The translations under genes were made by a program, and so were the position numbers. Below, piece by piece: positions 38,101 to 50,084 of a DNA stretch of 64,000 nt (its first letter is position 1; every line of letters begins with the position of its first letter). The notes below the pieces were generated by a model that did not search any database, had not been told where the DNA came from, and worked only from the letters and a program-made list of their open reading frames with translations. This DNA comes from Epiperipatus broadwayi (lineage: Eukaryota > Animalia > Onychophora): positions 124,001 to 188,000 of the forward strand of contig JAQFVV010000009.1 in NCBI GenBank assembly GCA_028023455.1, written 5' to 3'.

Positions 38101-39900
38101 TCAATATGCCCATTCATATCCTCTATAATCATTATTTTCTTCCCCTTTTTTTGAAACTCTGTATATCCTTAACTAGACATTCATATATGCTACTGTTCCA
38201 CTCCATTATAGTTTGACTATCTCCAGTGGCCATATACACTATAGTCACCATCCATTCTTGTCTTCCTAACCTTATCTCAGACCACAAACGTTTTTGACAC
38301 TACAGTATTTAAATATTTTTTTGACATAAATCCTGTTTCACAATCCCTCTTTTTCTTTTCTATTTATACCCTGCCATATCAAATCCTTCAGTGTAGGTTC
38401 CTCTTCAAGGCCTTCATTTTTAACTGCTTTGTTTAATTCCAGCCACTTTTCAGGTCTCCTACCATCTTGCATATTCAAATATCCAATTTTAACAATTTCT
38501 TACTTTCTTACTATCCTTTTATAAATTCTTTTGACTCTTACTTCTCTATTACATTTGTAATTAGCTTGTTTATCTTGTTTATTATTAGTTTTACATACCC
38601 ATTCCATCTCCACATCTACATTTATATCGAAACCAGCTATGCTTTGTTTACTTCTTACATCCTTTCCATTCTTAACCTTCTTTTTGATAATACTGTAATT
38701 TAAAACCCTATCCCTTTTATAAGTTTACCGAAATATATTTTTCATAACTCAAAGCTCCTAATGCTTTATTTCCTTTTGCTAAGAGCAATCCATTTTTACT
38801 ATATAACTCTCTCTTACTAATAAAAAAAATCTGACACATTCACAAACATTATTTCACTCGCATAATTTTTTCAATCTCTCATTTATAGAACATGCCCTAT
38901 CTAACATATACCTATTGTCGAATCTTGGTAGTAATCCAACTACTCCTACTCTTCCTTTAACCTTATTCAAATTACTAATCAATTCTTTGTATTTATCCAT
39001 TACTATCTCTGGTAGCTCTGACAAATTATTTGTCCCTGCCATAACATAAACATCTCTACTCCCTTGTTTCTTTACCTTATCTGTAATATCCCTAATTCTA
39101 GCTCCAGACAAACATACTCTTGCATATCTATTTCTATTTTCCTTTGCAATTACATCTCCACATTCTCTAATTAGCGAATTCCCTATCAAGGTTATCTCAT
39201 AGTTTACTTTCCCTATTTCATTCATAACATTCTCTTCCACCTTCTGGACTTCTTTACCTACTTCTTCATCATTTCTATTCATTAATTCCTTGAGCTGCTC
39301 ACACTTCATGTCTAATGCTTTAAATTTTACTTCTAGATCCTTTACCTTTTCCTCTATTTTAATCTTTGCTTATTTCCAATGCACTACCTATTTTGTCATT
39401 CATATCTCATTACTCCATTAAATATATACTCTATTTTATCTTCCTTATCTACATTTTCCTCCCTTTCTCCTTTCTCTTTAAACTATCTATACTTAGAAGA
39501 CATTTTTTCACCTCTTTTATCACATTTATACATAATCTACACAACCATACACCTTTTATATCCTTCCTAGTCTTATATAAGCATTTCAAATGGAAAACCT
39601 TAGCACATATGGTATATTCCACGAAAGCACACCTAATTTCCTTCTGACCAGCATACATACATTGTGGGGTACAAATGCACTCCATATTTCCTTATTTTTC
39701 AATTCCCCTACTCTATATTTAAATTTATGATTTTTCTACTACTCTTCAACCCTCTTTATACAAAAAAAAAATATTTTTTTTTAAAATGGTGATCGACACA
39801 TGCTCCCTCCCCTAACCTTACACCTCAAATGTTACCCTCTTTCTCAAATAAATCACTATCTTACTTAAATTGAATAGCAAACCTCCTAAAATCCAATTAA
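35161..39900 (-). mobile_element. Near full-length decayed non-LTR retrotransposon (APE-RT ORF2; PHD plus esterase ORF1; CR1/L2/RTEX-type architecture)
   Basis: APE motifs DMNGHI, YTWSR..TIDYVLV and SDHN; RT motifs GKARGLDG, NNYRPIVVTSVLYKVF, GLLFAD and YLGI. Confidence 0.9.
38854..39685 (-). pseudogene. LINE ORF1: PHD finger, coiled coil and SGNH/GDSL esterase
   Basis: CICTP...C..C.K.FHLKC...W.C..C (PHD); IGNSLIR (GDSL-like), CLSGARIRDI and MAGTNNL (SGNH blocks). Confidence 0.8.
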
Positions 39901-40289
39901 TCTTACATATGACTTAGTTTTAAAGCCTCCTTGCAATAAACACATACACAAAAAAAATATTTTTTGCTTTTATATTTAAAATGGCATATCAAATCACTTT
40001 TCAAAGATTAGCAATATTTTTTTTTTATCTTTCCAAATCCAATTAAATCTATTTCTGTTCACTCCAACTCTCTTTTCACATCCATTCACTAAGCAAATAT
40101 TCTTCAGTAACAGAAATTTTTTTCAGATGATTATTAAAAATATATAAAACTTTATAAGAGTACTTGATATAGCTTCTCCTGCCAGCACCCCAACATGTTT
40201 GTAATTTTTTTAAAACTTTAACTTATTTTGCAGAACAAATCAGCAATATCAGCACAGAAAGGCCATCAAAGCAAAAAAAAAAAAAAGAA

Positions 40290-40800
40290 GATTTGTGAGA
40301 AAATCCCTATCTAGTGCCTACTCATCCAATATTCCCAGATTAATTTCTAGCTTGTTTTAAAAGCTCGTATAAGCAGAGGAAATGATGATCATATAATGAT
40401 TTAGAAGTTTTATATCAATCCTACCTATAGGATGATAATAACTGTGGTTTTTAAAAAACAATATTCACCAAAATATATAGTTGCTGAACTGGGTTCAGAT
40501 CCATATAATAATCAAAAGAGTTTTGGATTGAAAACATTATTGTGCTTTCATCTTGAGCTCATAGCTTTATAGTTAACTAAATAGATAAAAGGTGGCTGCT
40601 GGAAGGGTATATTAGATCCTAAAATCTAGATGCAGTGCTCTCAGATCCAAAAATCGTCACTGATGAAGTCCACAAGATAAAACTAGTTTGGGGACATTGG
40701 ATGAATAGGCACTAGTTAAGGATTTTATACACAAACATTCTTGTATCCATTGATTACTAAGGCTTGCACACTGGGTGGTACTACTATATGGAGAGTTTGC
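40290..40800. mobile_element. Palindromic MITE copy (family of 27881-28414), left end eroded
   Basis: Shares tgcctactcatccaatat...cccaga and atagctttatagttaactaa; right end agtttgc followed by ta. Confidence 0.7.
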
Positions 40801-40804
40801 TAAA

Positions 40805-41780
40805 GATGTAGAATGAATGATTAGAATAAGTTCGAAGAATATAAAATAAAAGTATAAGAAATCATGGAAGAGTTTGTTGTGGATAAATATAAGGACTGGT
40901 GTGAAGTAGAAAAAATAACAAAGAGTTTTTGGTGAGAATATTCAAAAGAATTAAAAGTAATAGAAATATGAGAGTTAGTAAAAGTGTAAAAAAGAGAAAA
41001 AAAGCATGCAGAGAATATAAGTGTGCTATTAAAAACAAAGAAAGAGAAAAAGATGTTAATGTTAAATGGGAAAAGTATTTTTAAAAAAAAGAAGTTGGCT
41101 AATATAGATAATTATAGAGAGAATAAAAATTAAATAGTAAATTGTTGGAGGATATTAATAAAAGTGGAAGACATGGGAGTAAAAAATTTTGAAAATATAT
41201 TAAAAGGAATGTAGGGGAGAGAGAAATAGTATTATTAGATGAGAGAATAGAATGTAGCCCTAGAAAAGAATTAGAGACAATCATAAATAAGTATGTAATG
41301 GATATAAAAAGGATATTAGATGTGAAGGACAGAATGATAACAAACATGAAAGCATATGGTGATGGAAATATTAGGTTTACAGAAAAGGAATTGAATGAGG
41401 TAGGGAAAAAATTGAAAAGTGGAAAGGCAAGAGGTTTAGATGGATGGGTACCAGAGATGGTGATGAAATTTAGGAAATATGAAAAGTAAACCTATTATCA
41501 TGTTTTAATAAGATTGCACAGAACAGAGAATTTCCAGATAGCTGGAATAATACAAGAATACGGTTGCTATTTAGAGGAAAGGGTAAGTATTATAGGAGGT
41601 TAAATAATTATAGACCGACAGCATTTTCGCATATATGGTAGCTGAAAATATTGCAAGGAAGTTTTCAATCGGATAGGCATATAGGAAATAGTTTATTTGT
41701 GGTCACACAACTTAGATATGAATAGGGATACAAGTAGAGTTATGTATGGTTTTTATACATATAGAGAAGGCATATGATTT
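40805..41780 (+). mobile_element. Inverted internal fragment of the 35161-39900 LINE family
   Basis: LKSGKARGLDGWVPEM on the + strand; reverse complement of ~36780-37780. Confidence 0.85.
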
Positions 41781-42229
41781 ATATTTCTGTAGCAAAAAAA
41801 AATTCATTAGAAATATTAAAATCACTTGTACCACTTGCAAATAAAATTAAGTTGAAAATTAAAAAAAAAAATCTCAAGTTCAACAATTGAATGAACAGAT
41901 TGTGCTCAGTTTATACCTTTGAAGTTTCAACAAAATTTGCCTCTTTAGTATATGATTTGATTTTTTTTTTAGTTTTGTATTAAAATAAATGGTTAGATAC
42001 ACAAGTGATTACAGGAAGAATCAAGGGACAAAAAAAAAATTGCTAACATTGATAGATAAATGAAAAAAAGGTAGTATATAACCGAAAAAAATTTTCATGT
42101 GCTTAAATTTGATTACACGAGAAATTTTGATAGAGATGATCATGACTAACTATAAAATGTTCTCAGTAAAATGTAAAATAAGCTGTATCAAAAAATGTCA
42201 TTGTTTTTAAGAGAAATCTTTATATAGTA

Positions 42230-42720
42230 CTATTAGCCAAGCCAAGATCAGATAAACTGGTTTAATGTTGATAAAGAAGATTAACAGTGCTGCAAATTGC
42301 TACACTACAGAATAAAAATTTTAATAAAAAAATCAGAATGAATAAAGCTTAAAGATGCTGATGATAACACAACTTGCAGCCGGAATTAAACACTTTATAA
42401 CCAGAGTAATATAGAATTATAACTAAACGTGAAGAGAAATAGAAATTATGATTAACAGAAATGGCAACTGATTTTACAAGTAGTGGATAATTCGACAAAG
42501 AATCTAATAGACAAAAAATTCATTGAAAACTCGCTAGAAAAAAAATCCAATAAAAACCCTAAAAAATATTTCTAGATGTAGGGACTATTTCTAAAATGAA
42601 GATCAGAATTGATCAAGCAGTGATATTGCCTATGACTTTATGAATGTGAAAGTTAGACATTGAAATAGAATAGAAAATGTATAAGAATAGTTTGAACAAT
42701 AACAATAATAATGGATACTC
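42230..42720 (+). mobile_element. Highly decayed RTE-like RT fragment
   Basis: RIDQAVILPMTL followed by a degenerate CESWT-like segment. Confidence 0.4.
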
Positions 42721-44548
42721 ATTCAGATTAGATTTGAACTGTCATTAGAAACACAAATGACTATTTTAGTCATATTGTGAGACAATTTAATTCATTAGGA
42801 AAATTTATACTGAATGATGTATCCACAATCTCAAAATTCACAGTTAAAAAAAAAAAAAATTAAAGTAAAAAAAAAAGAAAATTATTAAATTTTAATATGT
42901 TAATCTATGTAGTGCGAGTGTTTGCAATTATAATAGCATAAATATTGCTATTCGAATTTAAACATAAAATTTCATTTAAAATATTTTTTAAAAAACACTC
43001 ATTATACTAAGATTTACTTGCACTTCTGAAATACATCCACAAATTTAATGTATTTTATGAAAAGACAGAAAAAGCATTAAATTTGCATGTAGAGGATATG
43101 AACATAAACAATTAAGTGTTCCAGTAATCAGTAATATATTGTATCAGAAAGGAGCTGGGTCTATATGAAGAATTCAGCAAAATATACACCTAAAAAAGTG
43201 ACAAAAGTTATTTACTGTAAATAAAAGATAGCTGTATAAATTCGGAAATTAGTATAAACTTAAATAAATTCTTCATAGTTTTTTCTAGACTTAAAATAAT
43301 TATTACTATTATTAACTGTGCAAATTGGAGTCATTTAAAATGAGATTTTAATTTTCTAAATCACAGTGAAAAAAAATGCTACTGCTGCATTTGCAAGAAC
43401 ATTTCATGAAAATAACTGCTACTATCAGGCAGATATTGTACACTTGAAATTTGCTAATTTAATACCTCTTGGATATTGTGCCTTTTACATTTTATCATTA
43501 CCAACATCAATTTATATTCCAAGAATTCAAAATAAAAAAACCATTAAGTTTTACATTTTGAGAAAAAATGATTGAGTGCAATATTTTAATTTGAGTACAA
43601 TTTATATATATACGAAAATATATTTTGTCCCTCAATTTGTTGATGTACTGTCTTTTTTCATAACAGTAACTATTCTATTTTCTTATTAATTCTATTTACT
43701 GCTCTTTAAATTGTATAAATTTTAAATTAAATTATACCATGAGAAGGTATATATACATAAAAAAAAAAAAATTGTGTTGCAATTATGTGTTTTAGTATCA
43801 ATGGAAGGACTTGGAACCAAATATCAAGGATACAAGATCCTTGAAATACTTGGGAGAGTTGATAATGAAAAAAAAAAAGCTCAGTAACACGGAGGAATTT
43901 GGCACATGGTACAACATTCTGAAAAAATGTCATTCATGACAGTGAGTATTAAATTTCAACAGTATCTAATTAAAAAAAAAAAATCCTTCGTGTGTGTGTG
44001 TGCATTACACTAACTACAAATAATAATAATAATAATAATAATATGATTTATTGTTCAGAAGTTGTGAACCTTGATCACCAGAGTCCATCATTTTACTGCT
44101 ATATTAAGCTATGCAGGACATACTAATTATTATAACTCTTAAATTAATAAAATTCTGCAAATTAAAAAATATAATTCAATAATCTGGAGGCAAAGTATAA
44201 TATTGACTTTCATCCAGATGAATTATACTTTCTGATTATGATTAAAAGGATCATCATTAATTTTTATTTTAAAATAAATGCAATGAAAACAATATTTTAA
44301 AAATAAAGTCCTCTAACTTTACAAATCAATATATATTTTCAACATATTGTTCAAATCTCATAGTTTGTGTTATATGTTACTGTTTTGTTTTTTTTTAATA
44401 TTAATAAAATTTAAAAACTTTATAATTTTAAAATCTTGAAAATTAAATTTTTTTTTTTCATAAAAATTACATGGAAAATTTATAAATCTATAATAGAATC
44501 TAAAATAATTTTTAGAACAAGTATTCAATTCTAATGAAATCTACTTAC

Positions 44549-44653
44549 AAGAATTCTATGGAGATAAAGATATTCAGAGGTTGCAGTATAATTACCACAA
44601 TCATAATGAAATTTTGCACTGTTATATAGTGTATCCAACAGTTCAGGCGTAAG
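44549..44653 (-). CDS. eIF3e: eIF3 subunit E coding exon (105 nt; equivalent to human exon 5)
   Basis: ttttgtag|...|gtaagt boundaries, phase 0/0. Encodes [35 protein letters not shown], which resembles human [35 protein letters not shown]. Confidence 0.95.
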
Positions 44654-44762
44654 CTACAAAAAAAAAAAAGAAATTAAAAATCATATCACTTAAGCAAAAT
44701 CAACTAATCTATTAAAAAAATGAATTTAATAAAAACATAAAAAATTTATATCGCATTTATAT

Positions 44763-45303
44763 ATATCAATTAAAATAATATGAATCAATTTAAAAATAAC
44801 TTTAAAAAGTAATGATTGGTTTAAAAAAAATTCATGCTTTCTTTACATAAATGCGTCCGATAAACCTCTACATAAGAAAATGAGGTAAAAAAAGAAACTA
44901 TAAAAGTTTTGTCTTGTACTTTGAATTGAAAGTATTATTTGATTATTAATCTCAATATATTACATAATATTAATCACTTGAAATATATTTATATATTTCA
45001 TTACTTGAGTCTGTAATGACAATGTGGAATTGAAAAATTTCACAAATGTCAATTAAAATAATATAAATCAACTTTAAAACGCTTTAAAAAGTAATATGAT
45101 TGGTTAAAAAAAAAAAAACCATGCTTTCTTTCCAAAGTGCTTCAAATAAAAATCTCTATATAAGAAGATAAGTTAAAAGAAAAGGCAGTCTGGTCTTGTC
45201 TCTATAAAATGCTTTGGATTGAGAATATTTCATTTATTTAACACACCAGTGATTTGAGTATTAATCTCAATATATTACATAATATTAATCACTGGAAATA
45301 ACT
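44763..45303. repeat. Diverged tandem duplication of a ~285 bp unit
   Basis: tcaattaaaataatat...tattaatctcaatatattacataatattaatcact occurs twice. Confidence 0.7.
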
Positions 45304-46788
45304 TACTTATATATATTATCACTATTTTGTTGCTATAATCAATATTTCATTATTTAATAATAGACACCTCTATATTATCACAAAAACAAAATATGGAAGA
45401 ACTGGTTATTTAAATTCAATGAAAATCCACTATCTCCTACCAGATTAATTAACCATCAGCTATCTAGAATGAAATGTTACATAAACATCTTAATATTTAA
45501 CACAGCATTATGCTGTTGCATGTGCGCTTTGAAGATTTTAACTATAAATATTACAGTTTACAAACATCGCGCTATAAAAAATGATTTATTTATAAACATC
45601 TTAACTAAATAAATAAAAACACAAAGATATTTTTTATACTGTAACTAATTTCATTTTAGCAATAAACAATGCAATCAATTGCACAAAAATCGAAAAAAAA
45701 TAAAAACTAAAGAGCATCATTCTTCAAGATCCAACTAAAACATAATTCAACAATTAAATAAATCTTTGATTATAAACAATTTTTTCACTTAATACTGCAT
45801 TATACTTTAACATTATTATACTTCTTGAATGGTATTTTATTTTATTCCTAATATCTTTTAATTAATCAGCAAATATATACTGGGAATAAAATGACTGTAA
45901 ATATTTAGGAATTTGGTTATCTAATGTTAAAAAATAGCGATAATATTACAGTGAAAAGTGCAATGAATGAACAGGTTTTTAATAAAAGCAAAAGACTACT
46001 TGGTCCATGATTAAAGTTGGAATTCTTTTTGTAAAAAAAAAAAAAAAAATTGTTAAACATTTCGTTTTAACTGCAACTTATATTTGGATAATCAGAAAAA
46101 GAAAGGTAAAGTTTGAAAGCAATAAAGTTATATATTTGAAGAATGGAAAAATGTATAAAAAAAGAATTTGTAATGACAAATTGTTAAAAAAAAAAAGGAA
46201 AGAAAATTATTTAGTAAGAAAATTAAAAAGCAAAAGAAAAATTATAAGTACTGTTCTATCAGCTCATGTCAGCCTCTTGATGGCATTGATGCTATGCAAA
46301 AACACAGAAATATAATGACACCAGGCCGCTGGCTATATATCTTTATATATTAAAGTATGTTAAAATCAACAAGTTTGTTTATTTGTTATTTAGTTGATGA
46401 TGTGGAATATATGTATATAAATGAGAAATTGGATAGAAATTAAAATAAGTTCAAAACAATTTTTTCTTCAAATTTTACTCTCACCCTGCTACGTAAGACG
46501 GAAAACTCGTTTGTAAATAAATTAGAAAGTTATATTTATTATATATGTATACTTAATCAAACCAAATATGTATTAATTAATTACGCATTAGAAGGCAATA
46601 GTTATATACACGTCTGCTAATTTAATCTTTGGAATAGAGGTACCATGCAATCTTTTTCATAGATTTAGATATTCAATAAGAATCAGATCTATGTGCATAA
46701 ATAGTTCCACAGCAATAACTATTAATAATTGCTCATGCTAAGAATAAAATGCTGGTATAATACCCGCATCTAAATTAATTAAATGTCT

Positions 46789-48252
46789 GGTAAAACTGGC
46801 TTATAACGGTAACAACTTTTCATCCTCTATTTTTAAAAAATTGAACTATATTTTATTCGTATTATGTAATCGTAAAGTATATCTAACTATAAATATATTT
46901 TTTACATGAAGGTTAATAAAAAAAAATTTAAAAAAAACATACATTTTTATGCGTTGTTTTGAGCTATGCACATGAGGGAATTCCCGAAAACAGTCGCATC
47001 TTCTTGCATACCCCTAAATGCAAATTCCTGCAGGTAGGATGAAAACAAAGCTCTCCTGGTACCAAATTGGTATTTTAAGCTTATGCCTTGCTCTCATCCA
47101 CATATTTTCCACATTATTAGTGTGGATAAGTTCGTCGTCTGGGTCAACAAAGTTATCTTGGTGGACGACGACAGAGTGAAAGTATATACCATTATCTAGA
47201 CTGCTTATATTGCTATATGCACGCCAGCCGTCAGTGATTATATGCGTACCAGGCAAAATGTGTTGCTGTGTGAGCAGTTCCAGAGTTGCAGCTGATTTAT
47301 CTTCAATTTCTGTTAAAAAAAACTTTCTTGACCTTCTCTCTATCCCACCGAACACCCAATGGCCTTCTCTCATTGCCCCCTATGGTGTTTTCAGTGAAAG
47401 AAATATGACAACTAGCTCCACTATCCATGGTTCGCCATTGTCATCATATCCGCTGACAAGTGCTGGATTTCTATCAAAATATGTAGCACATTCTTCCCAG
47501 CAAAAATGACACCAGTCTGTGACCACTCATTCGCTAACATCAGTCTCGCAAACAATAAAGTGGTTTGGAAAATTATTTGCCCAACAAAACGTTACATGAA
47601 CAATGGTGTTTCAAAGACAGATGGCTTTGGAAAAAAATGACCCCCTTCTTATGGATGTACATTGGCGGCATATTCTGCATTGTCATCTAACACCATCTAA
47701 GCTGTCCAAAGGTTTCACCAGCGAACACTGAATACTGCATCACAGACATGACATACTGTTCTTCAATAAGCGCCTCCTGGCAGCCATTTCATGATCAATT
47801 TCGGAGTTTGAAATTGTTCCAGCAAGCGACATGTATTCCAGCTTTCTGCCAGAAACACCGCAACATCCAAAATTTCATTTTGGGAAACTAAAGAAAGTGA
47901 TGAAATTCTCTGCCATTCTTGACACTGCAAAAATTACACATGGCAAAAGTAGTTCATAATTTTGACAGCAGGGACAACTTCTTTTGTGATACTTGTTAAT
48001 CTTTGCCACATGTGAACATTAATATTTAATAGTTTATAACCTAACTCAAAATTGCACATAAAAATGTAAATTTTTTTTATTAATCTTCATATAAAAAATA
48101 CATTTAAAATTATATATATACTTTACAATTACATAGTACGAATAAAATATAGTTCAATTTTTTAAAAATAAATGCAAATTCCTGCAGGTAGGATGAAAAC
48201 ATTTTTAAAAATAAAAGGCAATAAGTTGTGACTGTTATAAGTCAGTTTTACC
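46789..48252 (-). mobile_element. Merlin DNA transposon (inner, nested)
   Basis: TIR ggtaaaactg(g/a)cttataac extending ~150-200 bp; 9-bp TSD taaatgtct at 46780-46788 and 48253-48261. Confidence 0.88.
47014..47920 (-). pseudogene. Merlin (ISXO2-like) transposase of the inner element
   Basis: HWVFGGIERRSRKFF...AATL...ILPGTHIITDGWRAY...VVHQDNFVDPD...IHTNNVENMW; upstream SIRRGSFF and VVTDWCHFCWEEC. Confidence 0.9.
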
Positions 48253-48554
48253 TAAATGTCTTTAAAGAAAAAGAGGTTTTTATTCATTTCATAATGGATT
48301 GTTTCCTTGTTTTTGTTGTAGCATAGTAACATATGGGATGGTATATCTACATATTAATGTAAATATGATTGTTTGACTGTATCTGCAATACTGTATTACT
48401 TGATATCATGTGTCTACATTCTTTTATTGCTTTCCAAAATACTTCATTGACCAATCCTTAAATACTAAAGATACCCAGAGTGAACTCCTCCTAAATGGGC
48501 AAACCAAAGAAATGGACATAAACTACCAAAGCATGCTTCATTCCTGAATCTGGC

Positions 48555-48812
48555 TCACACTAAGGTTTTTAAAATGAACGGGATTCTGGAGCCATCAAAG
48601 TAGGTCTTCTTTCGAAGAGAACACTTTCGCCAACAGGAACGGGACTTGCACCTGAACTGCAAGATGGTTTTGGACATCTCCTGTCTCATCATTTTGCAGC
48701 ACATATATCTCTTGGCATGTAGGAGTATGTTGTCCTGTAAAAATGCCTCCGCGCTAGCTTCTGTGGATGGCAGTTGGCACAATTGGAACGGTTCGATTTT
48801 GCAGTCAGTCAT
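48555..48812 (-). pseudogene. N-terminal zinc-ribbon part of the outer Merlin transposase
   Basis: AEAFLQDNILL...CCKMM...QFRCKSRSCWRKCSLRKKTYFDGSRIP. Confidence 0.7.
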
Positions 48813-50084
48813 TTAATTTGTCGCGGATGTGTTTTCATGCAAACATGAGCTGATCGAAATCTTGCTTGGACGTGCTCTTTCGAATATTTTGAAAGTTCCA
48901 TGTTGAATAGGGAATCGTGGGATGGGTTTACAATTGTTAGGAGGTAATAGTAGGTCAGATGACTTGTAAGCTAATTACTTTGACATGCATATTTGAAGAG
49001 TTGTGGCAGGCTGAAATTCAGACACCCTCACATAATACTGTAACAAACTTTGAACAGTGAGCATCGGATTAAAGTTCACAACACGAAGCAGCAGGCCAGT
49101 CACCAGAGAACAGCACCAAAACTGCATCTTTCTGTGCTTCTGCATAGAAATAAGGCTGGCGGTAGCTGTGTAAATGTCATATTTATGTATTTTTGCATAT
49201 AAATAACACCATTAAGCGGCTGACATGAGATAATAGAACAGTACCAAATTATAAATTGGATATATACTTTGAGAGATAGGATTAATAAAAAATATGTTTA
49301 AAGAATCTGTTTTTAATCAAGAAAAAACAAACAAACTGGATAATAATGTAAAGTATGAAAGTAGTTACAAATATTTAAAGGCTAACAAGATGGATAGAAA
49401 CTTTTGATGGAAAGAATGTGTTTTTTTAACAGATAACTAACAATATCTATAAAACAATAGTAACCTCTCCAGACAGTAGTGCCATCCAGTATAAGCCATA
49501 GTAATCAATGGATATATCCAATATCTCCAGACTATGTATTATGAATGAGAACTACTAATTATCATCTATTAACTCATTATTTAATTACAATATAGAATTA
49601 TGTAATAACCAAATTATGAATTATGAAAAACCTCTTCATCAGCTGCGCCAAATTCCAAAATATTACTAATCATAAATCAAAATAGATTTATATATTAAGC
49701 AGATTTCATTTATTTTATTTCAAAGAGTATAAGTTGAAACACATACAACTAATTATTAAATGTGATGCACTTTATAGTTGGAAATCACACCTATAATTAT
49801 ATTTTGAATAAATAGGAATTATAGTTAACTTCATTTTTTACCAACCTTACCATTGATATATATATATATGCAAAGGATGTATTATTTACTTCATAAAATT
49901 TATAATTATTAGTGTATTTCCTCTTTAAACAATTAATAAGCAGACACACAAATGTATTCTAATCAAGTAGGAACATAATTAATTCCTTTTTATATAAATC
50001 TCACTAACTGAATTCAATACACACACAACCAATTTTATAATTAATTTATTGTAGAACTAGATCTTATAATATTATGAATCATTT

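Larger units (their letters stand above)
46247..49245 (-). mobile_element. Merlin DNA transposon (outer)
   Basis: TIR (a/g)gtactgttcta; 8-bp TSD aaattata at 46239-46246 and 49246-49253; transposase N-terminus at 48555-48812 and a possible C-terminal KRLHGTS piece near 46600-46660. Confidence 0.88.
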
